In this document: positions 57,244 through 64,000 of the stretch, in pieces
Layout: every line of letters starts with the position of its first letter
Position numbering within the stretch: the first letter of the stretch is position 1
Source of the DNA: a virus
Reading direction: 5' to 3' (one strand)
IMG/VR virus record: IMGVR_UViG_3300045988_116318
Coordinates: 84,184-148,183 of that record
Length of the DNA: 64,000 bases
Notes under the pieces: generated by a model
The model's input: the letters and a program-made list of their open reading frames with translations, nothing else
What the model was told of the DNA's origin: nothing
Databases searched by the model: none
Made by a program: the position numbers and the translations under genes

Positions 57244-57558
57244 CTAATCTGTTATTCTGTAATAATAATCAAGTTCTTCTCCCTTAAAGTTGTTCATGGC
57301 ATATTCGTCAGCTTCCCTCCACAACCGGTCATACAATGCAGCCAGTTCACGATTGCTTTCATAATGCTGCCAGATTTTATGATTCAATACCAGCGTCAAT
57401 TCTGTAAAGAACTTATAATCGTCTTTCCATTCGCTAAACGCACGTTTGTAGGTATCTTTGACACCTGCTATACCATACTTGTCGGCTATGCTGAAATCCT
57501 CCCAAAAGGTAGTCATCAGGTCATAGCCGACTTCTTGCATAAATTCTCGAAATGTCAT
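57244..57558 (-). CDS. hypothetical protein (104 aa)
   Basis: ORF. Confidence 0.5.
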   Translation of the reverse strand: MTFREFMQEVGYDLMTTFWEDFSIADKYGIAGVKDTYKRAFSEWKDDYKFFTELTLVLNHKIWQHYESNRELAALYDRLWREADEYAMNNFKGEELDYYYRITD

Positions 57559-57631
57559 AAGCTATTATTTTAGGTATATAATTGCCTTATCTTATCAATG
57601 ATCTCTTCCTTATGCCAGGGCGGGCGCCGCC

Positions 57632-57820
57632 TTACTCCGGCTGTTCCACCCACTCCCTGTATCCTACGTTAAAACCAATAGGATCATACCTTTTGATCAT
57701 AGTACCATAATTCTCTCTACCACAATACCTGTTTTCCCCTCCAATGATCCATGCCTCATCGTCTCTATCTGGAGATATTGAGTTAAGAAACTTCTCATAA
57801 TCTTTTCTGCTCTTTCCCAT
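57632..57820 (-). CDS. hypothetical protein (62 aa)
   Basis: ORF. Confidence 0.35.
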   Translation of the reverse strand: MGKSRKDYEKFLNSISPDRDDEAWIIGGENRYCGRENYGTMIKRYDPIGFNVGYREWVEQPE

Positions 57821-58166
57821 CTTTGTCTTGATTTAAACAATAGTTAATAAAATAAGCAACCTGTTCATTTTCCCCTGTATTATCATAATCACCTAAAGTC
57901 ATATCATCATAATCCAGCAGAACTATACGAAAATCGTTTTTTTTGACATACACCTCCGTTAAAAACATAGGAATCCCATTAATTTCTATTATCACCGGAA
58001 ACTGATCATCAAAGTCAAACGCATCATTAGTTTCTTTAAACTCTTTAAATTTTAGCTTTATAATTCCATTGTTTTCTGCTAATGCTTCTTTGATGTACTT
58101 TAATCTTTTTGCATTCAGACTGACCTCTGCTTCTTCTATTTCTTTATACAATTTATTTAGATCCAT
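57795..58166 (-). CDS. hypothetical acidic protein (123 aa)
   Basis: ORF. Confidence 0.5.
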   Translation of the reverse strand: MDLNKLYKEIEEAEVSLNAKRLKYIKEALAENNGIIKLKFKEFKETNDAFDFDDQFPVIIEINGIPMFLTEVYVKKNDFRIVLLDYDDMTLGDYDNTGENEQVAYFINYCLNQDKDGKEQKRL

Positions 58167-58678
58167 ATTCCACTATATTCCACTATATTTATGTTATCGA
58201 ATTTTTCTTTTATAATATCCAAGACTCCGTACTCGTTTGTTATCATAGCATGCATCCCTGGCTTCATTCTCCACAGATTAAAATACCTTGTCACATTCAT
58301 AGTGGCATTAAATAATGATATTTCATATCTTGTGTTTCCATTTTTATCACGCCCTATGTTTTTAATATAACATATGTCTGGCTTGTATTTGAAATAATTA
58401 AAAAGCCTATACCATCCCTTCCCGTTACATGTTTCACAATTCCATATTCCAGCAAGCCTCCTGTATCCCCTTACTGGTATTTTCTCTATTTCTTTTGGCA
58501 TGATTTCAATATACTTTCCTTCTCCGATTGGTATGGTCATATTACCTGCCTCTTCAGTGCAAAAGTATTCTATTTCAGATGCCATTCCTTTATACACATA
58601 GAACCGGTATAAGTTCCCGTCAGGGTCTACCCGATCCATGTAATATAATATCACTTTATCTACTTTTATATTTTTCAT
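58157..58678 (-). CDS. hypothetical protein (173 aa)
   Basis: ORF. Contains WNCETCNGKGWY. Confidence 0.55.
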   Translation of the reverse strand: MKNIKVDKVILYYMDRVDPDGNLYRFYVYKGMASEIEYFCTEEAGNMTIPIGEGKYIEIMPKEIEKIPVRGYRRLAGIWNCETCNGKGWYRLFNYFKYKPDICYIKNIGRDKNGNTRYEISLFNATMNVTRYFNLWRMKPGMHAMITNEYGVLDIIKEKFDNINIVEYSGIWI

Positions 58679-58926
58679 TCTTTTATTCTCCTTATCTTTA
58701 AATTGTTATTCCCACAGTATTCCTTCAACCAACTATCCGTTAGATAACGATTAACTCTATCGTATTTCTTTTTCGGACCCTTGCTCCAGAATTTCCATTC
58801 GTTTGTGATATTGTCCCCATATTTATCAAACCAATAAATATAATACACTACGTTACCGTATAAATCTACTCTTTTTCTTTCCTGTATGACTACCTCGTAA
58901 GGCATCTTCTTGTCTCTTTTCTCCAT
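58675..58926 (-). CDS. hypothetical protein (83 aa)
   Basis: ORF. Confidence 0.45.
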   Translation of the reverse strand: MEKRDKKMPYEVVIQERKRVDLYGNVVYYIYWFDKYGDNITNEWKFWSKGPKKKYDRVNRYLTDSWLKEYCGNNNLKIRRIKE

Positions 58927-59004
58927 CTTTGTCCTCCTTTCTTGAATAAAAAAAACGGCACCTATCTTCGCAGACCAGTGCCGGTAACTAACTTACATGG
59001 AAAA

Positions 59005-59409
59005 CTACTTAACCTCAACTAATTCTACAGAGCTGTAGAATTTAGTGAAGCTACCAACAAATTCTCTTATATTTTTATATTCTTCTGGTCGTTTTCTGTT
59101 ACCGTCTTTTATATAATTTACCCACAGTCTATCTTCTATGCTCTTAATCGCATTTTCTATAGTAAATTCGTCGCTGACACACATTAAACACGAAGACCCT
59201 GTTTTCTTATGTGGTTTATATACCCTTGAAAAAGACCACATTTTTATCCTGTCATATATATATCCATTGTTTGGATAAACGAATCCTATCCGGCTGTCAC
59301 CTTCTTTGGCGTAAAACACACCTGGCTCCTTCCCACCCTTTCTATATACTACAAATCCTTTTTCTTTTAGGATCTTAACTATCTTATTTATCTTGTTCTC
59401 TACGTTCAT
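59005..59409 (-). CDS. hypothetical protein (134 aa)
   Basis: ORF. Confidence 0.5.
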   Translation of the reverse strand: MNVENKINKIVKILKEKGFVVYRKGGKEPGVFYAKEGDSRIGFVYPNNGYIYDRIKMWSFSRVYKPHKKTGSSCLMCVSDEFTIENAIKSIEDRLWVNYIKDGNRKRPEEYKNIREFVGSFTKFYSSVELVEVK

Positions 59410-59866
59410 TGTAATGCAAGTATTTAAAAACTACCCTCATTATAGTTGCGAAGTTCTCTACCTTAACCCACTCATGAGCCACTGCTCTAAGTACAGACGT
59501 TTCATATGTTGGAATATTATCTTCTTCAACCACCTTACAAGAAGCCAGAACTCCTTCGGTCGGCTTTAGTCCACGGTCATGCAGCTCGCAGAGACCGTCT
59601 GGCCGGCGGAATGCGCACCACCCGTCTTTCTCTGTCGGCTGGATCATCGCTATTGGTTTTTCTTTCACTGCAAGATACCCTACCATCCACATTGTTTCTT
59701 TTAACCTATCAGCGTATCCGGCATCTATGATAGCCTCTATGTCTTTTGGCGTACCAATACAAGGAACCTTACACATGTTCTTGCATTTATCACATGTACA
59801 AGGTTGCTCCCATCTATTATGATCTATGCCTACCAACTTCTTTATCCGTTCTACTTCCTCTTTCAT
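59384..59866 (-). CDS. YkgJ-family (CxxCxxCC) Cys-cluster protein (160 aa)
   Basis: CTCDKCKNMC then WCAFRRPDGLCELHDRGLKP, matching C.fl...G.C.iy..RP..Cr of the UPF0153/YkgJ family. Confidence 0.5.
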   Translation of the reverse strand: MKEEVERIKKLVGIDHNRWEQPCTCDKCKNMCKVPCIGTPKDIEAIIDAGYADRLKETMWMVGYLAVKEKPIAMIQPTEKDGWCAFRRPDGLCELHDRGLKPTEGVLASCKVVEEDNIPTYETSVLRAVAHEWVKVENFATIMRVVFKYLHYNERREQDK

Positions 59867-59867
59867 G

Positions 59868-60149
59868 TCACACTTCTTTCGTTAGTTTATCATAATATGC
59901 TTTCAATTCCGGTGAAGCATATTCCATAAATGCCTCAAATAAACATGGTACTTCTACTATCGCGTATATAGCGCACCCTTTCATCGTTGAAAGCTGTTCA
60001 AGATCATTACTGTACAGGCACGTAACATAAGCACCTACATTAAATACATGTAAATCTATCCTTACGTATTCCATACATAAAGATAATGACTTAAACAAAT
60101 CCTTTACATCATTCTTATCAAAGAGTTCTACAAATTCTCTCAATTTCAT
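59868..60149 (-). CDS. hypothetical protein (93 aa)
   Basis: ORF. Confidence 0.45.
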   Translation of the reverse strand: MKLREFVELFDKNDVKDLFKSLSLCMEYVRIDLHVFNVGAYVTCLYSNDLEQLSTMKGCAIYAIVEVPCLFEAFMEYASPELKAYYDKLTKEV

Positions 60150-60529
60150 CTTACTACCCTTTCCACGTGTTTAATTAATACTACTGCCATCCCTTTGCCG
60201 GTTTTTATCGCACATTCCGATCCTTTTATCCATTCTACACATCCTACATACTTTTCTGTAGAATGAAAACCTGGATTGTATTTCCCGGATGTACTAAACT
60301 CTACCGTATCCCCTACCTTCAGATCCTCAAAAGCAATAGCCCATGTGGTCCAAATTCTATCATGTCTTCCAGGCTGAATGGCTCCGATTACGCCTTTCTT
60401 ACGACCGTTTTTTATTGCCTTTAGTATTATCTTTCTATCACCTTCAATAAGGCTGCAAAAACGCCCATAAAAGGTCAAATCAACCTGTTTTCCTCCTATT
60501 TCTTCTCTTATTTTTGTTATTCTGTTCAT
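60146..60529 (-). CDS. hypothetical protein (127 aa)
   Basis: ORF. Confidence 0.5.
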   Translation of the reverse strand: MNRITKIREEIGGKQVDLTFYGRFCSLIEGDRKIILKAIKNGRKKGVIGAIQPGRHDRIWTTWAIAFEDLKVGDTVEFSTSGKYNPGFHSTEKYVGCVEWIKGSECAIKTGKGMAVVLIKHVERVVR

Positions 60530-60773
60530 TTTCTGATTTTGTTTTATTTTTTTCTTTGTTTTTTCTATCTTCTATAGAAGATGATAATAACATTATCTTT
60601 TCTATGTTACTTTTTGACTGTAAAAAAGAATCGCATTTCATTACTACTACGATCTTCTTAAGTTCTCCATTATCATACAGCGATACACGCATCATGTTTG
60701 GCACCTCGTCCACTATCAGACCTGGAGTAGTCTTAGCCATTTTACGTAGCTTATTATACTCCGGTCTTTCCAT
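60480..60773 (-). CDS. hypothetical protein (97 aa) with basic Asn/Lys/Arg tail
   Basis: ORF. 50-nt overlap with downstream gene. Confidence 0.4.
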   Translation of the reverse strand: MERPEYNKLRKMAKTTPGLIVDEVPNMMRVSLYDNGELKKIVVVMKCDSFLQSKSNIEKIMLLSSSIEDRKNKEKNKTKSENEQNNKNKRRNRRKTG

Positions 60774-61038
60774 TTCCTCTGTTGATTACTCTATAGTATT
60801 TATCTTTATCCCCCTCTTCTAACTTCTCCAGATAGAAAATCCCATCATGCAAATGAGATAAGCAAAACCGGTATCCGTATTTCTGCGTTCTTCTTACATG
60901 ATCCCGCAATCTTATTTCTTCACTTTTGTCTTGTACTTTGATCTTAATACTGTCTCCTTCTTTGATTGTGTATAAAATAGTTTGAATCTCTTCCTTTTTC
61001 ATATTATAAAATAATTTAACGGCAGCACCTATACTCAC
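60754..61038 (-). CDS. hypothetical protein (94 aa)
   Basis: ORF. Confidence 0.45.
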   Translation of the reverse strand: MSIGAAVKLFYNMKKEEIQTILYTIKEGDSIKIKVQDKSEEIRLRDHVRRTQKYGYRFCLSHLHDGIFYLEKLEEGDKDKYYRVINRGNGKTGV

Positions 61039-61065
61039 GCACTACTACTGCCTTATGTTTAACAA

Positions 61066-61290
61066 TTAAATACTTAACTCTTCAATGGTCAAGCCTTTTT
61101 CTTTTACCCACTTTAGCATCGCGCATAATTCTGTTTCTGACTTATATTTCGGATCACGCCACGCCCATCCGAATTTATCCAGGACATGATGATATAACCG
61201 TGTAAATGTCTTTGAATAAATGCTCCGAACCTTCCGGTATAAGTGTTTCCGTTGTTGCAAAATCGGAATACGACAAACATCCGTAAGCAT
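61066..61290 (-). CDS. hypothetical protein (74 aa), overlaps 61175..61861 by 116 nt
   Basis: ORF only. Fills a gap but conflicts with the upstream gene's 3' end. Confidence 0.25.
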   Translation of the reverse strand: MLTDVCRIPILQQRKHLYRKVRSIYSKTFTRLYHHVLDKFGWAWRDPKYKSETELCAMLKWVKEKGLTIEELSI

Positions 61291-61861
61291 ATTCTGTTAT
61301 TTCACTCCACGCTTCTCTGGCTTTAAATCCAAATTCTTTTACAAAAGCCAAAGTTAGATACATATTTAATAATATTGTTACATCATATCCGGAATCCGAC
61401 TTTCTTTCTATTATTTCCTTTTCAAATTCCTTTAAATCTTCAGGCCCTAAAAAGATGTATCCTGATACCGACCGGTAATTAGCCTCCGCATACTTCTTGC
61501 ATTTATCATCATTGACAATCTTACCAATGTTAGATAACATCTTTTGCCTCCATTCATCACAAAACTCTACCTCTACGTTCATCCAATCAGTACCATAATT
61601 ATATTCTTTCGGATATCCGACCGATGTTACCTTTATGTTATTCACGCCATATCCGTAAAGGCGTTCACTTACCTCATTCGCCCATTCCTGTACAAAAGGA
61701 ATAAACTTATTGCAATAAGAATCAAAATCAAAATCCGATTCTTCCTCATATTCCGGCATCTCTTCATAATCTTGTTCAAAGAAATGACGAGGATCTGCTA
61801 TTGTTTCATAGAAACTTACGCTGATGAAACAAAACTCGTTGGTTGTCGTTTTTAATATCAT
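61175..61861 (-). CDS. hypothetical protein (228 aa)
   Basis: ORF. Confidence 0.6.
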   Translation of the reverse strand: MILKTTTNEFCFISVSFYETIADPRHFFEQDYEEMPEYEEESDFDFDSYCNKFIPFVQEWANEVSERLYGYGVNNIKVTSVGYPKEYNYGTDWMNVEVEFCDEWRQKMLSNIGKIVNDDKCKKYAEANYRSVSGYIFLGPEDLKEFEKEIIERKSDSGYDVTILLNMYLTLAFVKEFGFKAREAWSEITEYAYGCLSYSDFATTETLIPEGSEHLFKDIYTVISSCPG

Positions 61862-62112
61862 AGCTTTTTGTATTTACGTACATTTTTCTTGCCATAGAAT
61901 CTACACATGGCACGAATCTGACTATAAAATACTTTTGTCCTCCTGGCCTCAAAGTATTTAAACATTTCTTCATTCTTTGTTTCCCACACGTAATCCGTTT
62001 GGGAACTCATGCGATCTTTCTCCTTGCGTGAATAATGGTAATATGATACCACAACACGTTTCATACCATTCTTTACAGGTACGATATTTACGTCTATACT
62101 ATTCTCTGTCAT
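61858..62112 (-). CDS. hypothetical basic protein (84 aa)
   Basis: ORF. Confidence 0.45.
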   Translation of the reverse strand: MTENSIDVNIVPVKNGMKRVVVSYYHYSRKEKDRMSSQTDYVWETKNEEMFKYFEARRTKVFYSQIRAMCRFYGKKNVRKYKKL

Positions 62113-62231
62113 ATTATTATTGTTTTATGCATTATACAAATACAAAGAGCGCATACCTTCACAGGCCGGCGCTCCTTTCAATAAAAATGAAAAAACTAAT
62201 ATTACATAAACATATTGTTTTCTACTCTTTA

Positions 62232-62465
62232 TTACAATACTTTTGTTCCGCAATTATTATATCTTCCGTACTCTTTTTTCGTATCATTCAAGATTTCAAA
62301 AACCATCTTCTTGTGATCTTCGTTTGGTAACCTATCCTTAACAGCCGATATTACGCCCGCTATAGACGTAAAGCCTGAATCTGTTATTGAACACAGCAAC
62401 ACGCCTCTGTCGGCTCCGGTGCTTATCGCTGACGCCTTTATAATATCATTCTTATATATTCTCAT
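62232..62465 (-). CDS. hypothetical protein (77 aa)
   Basis: ORF. Confidence 0.45.
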   Translation of the reverse strand: MRIYKNDIIKASAISTGADRGVLLCSITDSGFTSIAGVISAVKDRLPNEDHKKMVFEILNDTKKEYGRYNNCGTKVL

Positions 62466-62485
62466 AACTTTTTTGTTTTATTGTT

Positions 62486-62581
62486 TGTGAGATGCCCAGA
62501 ATCGAACCAGGACCGGCACATACGCACCGGCACGCCGCGTCATCCCCTCTATGATACAGAAATAGGCATGCCTATCCTCAC
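62486..62581 (-). ncRNA. tRNA-like structured element 1 (T-arm-like hairpin GGTTCGATTC with closing stem GTGAGGA / ATCTCAC); not a canonical tRNA
   Basis: The - strand RNA would read GTGAGGATAGGCATGCC...GGTCCTGGTTCGATTCTGGGCATCTCACA. The T-loop-like TTCGATT and a 6/7-bp terminal stem are conserved with element 2. No canonical D or anticodon arm could be folded by eye. Confidence 0.25.
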
Positions 62582-62640
62582 GAACCGACATGCCAAAACC
62601 CAAAACTTAATTTGATGAATAAAATAGATTAACAAAAATA

Positions 62641-62955
62641 CTATTCTAATTCTTTTATAATATCTTTCACAATATTCAGCCTTACCTCCTTCGTTTCTGG
62701 ACTAATACAACCAAACCACCCATAAAACTTTCTTGTTTCCTCTGGTTCTGTGGCCATACTTATCTTCTCCTCCAATTCCGGGAAATATATTCTCACCATT
62801 TCGTCTGAACGAAACTCATAGATATTTTTATGTGTTTTGAAATACATAAACACTGCATTTCTTAACGCAACACATATGTATTCCCCATCCTCTAACCTAT
62901 CAATCATCTCATATACCTTTTTCCATATGAATAATCGCTCTTCTTTTGTAAACAT
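62641..62955 (-). CDS. hypothetical protein (104 aa)
   Basis: ORF. Confidence 0.5.
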   Translation of the reverse strand: MFTKEERLFIWKKVYEMIDRLEDGEYICVALRNAVFMYFKTHKNIYEFRSDEMVRIYFPELEEKISMATEPEETRKFYGWFGCISPETKEVRLNIVKDIIKELE

Positions 62956-62969
62956 ATCCTTCTTTATTT

Positions 62970-63311
62970 TTATGGTATTATTTGACTGTATGCAGACTTT
63001 TCCATGTACACAATATTATGCTCCTGTCCAAATATCTTCTTTGCCGCCTCTTTCTTTATCGCACAATATCTTCCTGTACGATACGGATTCTTTTGATCTG
63101 ATCCATCTTCAACCTCGATAATAAAACAACCACCATCATCTATTATCTTTTTGCAATCGTCACATACTCCGCCCGTGCATATATGATGCGGCGCCTGACC
63201 TTTGATATTATTTCCTAATAAAGCAATGCCCATCTCTGCACCACATATCATGCAGACTTCTATAGACGGATTCAATCCGTGTTCTGGATGTAATGTAATA
63301 CCATTTTTCAT
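62970..63311 (-). CDS. Zn-binding Cys/His-rich protein (113 aa)
   Basis: CMICGAE...HHICTGGVCDDCKK. AAAGGAGG RBS upstream. Confidence 0.55.
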   Translation of the reverse strand: MKNGITLHPEHGLNPSIEVCMICGAEMGIALLGNNIKGQAPHHICTGGVCDDCKKIIDDGGCFIIEVEDGSDQKNPYRTGRYCAIKKEAAKKIFGQEHNIVYMEKSAYSQIIP

Positions 63312-63339
63312 TTTCTTTCCTCCTTTGTTTTTAATGTTG

Positions 63340-63465
63340 TGTGAGATCGCCGGAATCGAACCGACCTACTGCACCATGAATCCCATAAAGCAAATACTCC
63401 GATCTTCGCAGACGGGAGCATTCTGTCTAAAGCATAAGAAAATTAATGAAGAAAATCTTCCTCAC
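63340..63465 (-). ncRNA. tRNA-like structured element 2 (GTCGG-TTCGATT-CCGGC hairpin; same GTGAGGA / ATCTCAC terminal stem); not a canonical tRNA
   Basis: The - strand RNA would read GTGAGGAAGATTTTC...GGTCGGTTCGATTCCGGCGATCTCACAC, with a long AT-rich insert after the 5' arm. It abuts the stop codon of a 26-aa ORF. Confidence 0.25.
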
Positions 63466-63546
63466 TTACGCCATAGCATCTAAAATAGCTATCAACACTA
63501 TTTCTATGACAAGCATAATAGAGAATGTCTTAAATATCTTTTTCAT
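63466..63546 (-). CDS. 26-aa hydrophobic peptide (MKKIFKTFSIMLVIEIVLIAILDAMA), not in ORF track
   Basis: Strong AAGGAGGAG RBS 5 nt upstream of ATG 63546. Single predicted TM helix. Confidence 0.3.
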   Translation of the reverse strand: MKKIFKTFSIMLVIEIVLIAILDAMA

Positions 63547-63654
63547 ATCTCCTCCTTTTTTTATCTGTTCTTTTCACGTTCCACAATAAACTGTTCCGGC
63601 TCTGCCCTGGCCTACGCTCCACCTACAACCGCAGGCCTTAGCCCAAGGCGCCGC

Positions 63655-63924
63655 CTACTCCCCCTCTATGGCAGCCTGTTCGTACACACAAGTCCAGTCT
63701 CCATCTACACAACTAACACTACGCGATAACAAACATTTATCCTTATAACAATCATAAAAAATACACCTCTCACAACCGTAATCCTTAACGTCTACACAGC
63801 GAACTACCTTAGCATATACTATACCATCACTGCCTTCTATTCCTTTCACCACAAAAATAGAACCTTCTACTTCTTTACTCAAATCTAAATCGGGTGCAAA
63901 ATCATATACGTTCATACCATCCAT
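63655..63924 (-). CDS. Cys-rich small protein (89 aa)
   Basis: CVDVKDYGCERCIFYDCYKDKC...CVDGDWTC. Confidence 0.5.
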   Translation of the reverse strand: MDGMNVYDFAPDLDLSKEVEGSIFVVKGIEGSDGIVYAKVVRCVDVKDYGCERCIFYDCYKDKCLLSRSVSCVDGDWTCVYEQAAIEGE

Positions 63925-64000
63925 ATTTTAATTGTTAAACATTTCACTTACTACTAACATATAGAATACCGTTTTAAACGACTTATCTATTGAATTTTGT

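Noticed and set aside
62486-63465. Canonical tRNA genes (T-loop-like GGTTCGATTCC on the - strand)
   Set aside because: I could not fold a D-arm or an anticodon stem-loop in either copy. Element 2 is 126 nt with a 7:66 mismatch. They are kept only as low-confidence tRNA-like elements.
1-64000. CRISPR array or other short tandem repeat arrays
   Set aside because: I saw no regularly spaced direct repeats anywhere. The only repeats are the paralogous gene pair, the tRNA-like pair and short hairpins.

Overview
This 64-kb window looks like part of a large AT-rich (about 37% GC by eye) dsDNA bacteriophage genome. It is gene-dense, has many tiny ORFs, two giant virion-type proteins and no host housekeeping genes, and I found no rRNA and no CRISPR array.

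The window splits into two convergent blocks that meet at a 14-bp perfect inverted repeat (22756-22789).

Block 1 (1-22536, + strand) carries a 5'-partial ORF and a 2094-aa giant protein with a glycine-zipper hydrophobic region. It then carries several small ORFs, a 752-aa protein and an antirepressor/T5orf172-like protein. It also encodes an odd Cys/Gly/Gln-rich membrane protein and an RGG/RE-repeat disordered protein. It ends with a 2148-aa giant protein. None of these proteins shows a recognisable catalytic motif.

Block 2 (22905-63924, - strand, about 80 tightly packed genes) is a replication and host-takeover module. Its replication genes are an SF2 DEAD/DEAH helicase, a Cas4-like Fe-S PD-(D/E)XK nuclease and a DnaB-family helicase lacking an N-terminal domain. 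They also include a Zn-ribbon+TOPRIM primase and a second PD-(D/E)XK nuclease. Its accessory genes include a Dam-type N6-adenine methyltransferase, a CCA/poly(A)-polymerase head-domain nucleotidyltransferase and a dNTP pyrophosphohydrolase-like protein. Further accessory genes are a YkgJ-type Cys-cluster protein, a lipoprotein and many Zn-ribbon small proteins.

The most unusual content is listed below.
(1) An NfeD - SPFH/flotillin gene pair with an acyl carrier protein, co-operonic with the DnaB helicase.
(2) An ABC/SMC-like ATPase three-gene cassette.
(3) A pair of tandem paralogs, one broken by a +1 slip in an A8 homopolymer.
(4) Two paralogous structured elements with a tRNA T-arm-like hairpin that do not fold as canonical tRNAs.

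Translation-initiation signals are heterogeneous: strong AGGAGG sites on many genes and none on others.

All functional calls rest on motifs read by eye. Nothing was searched against databases.
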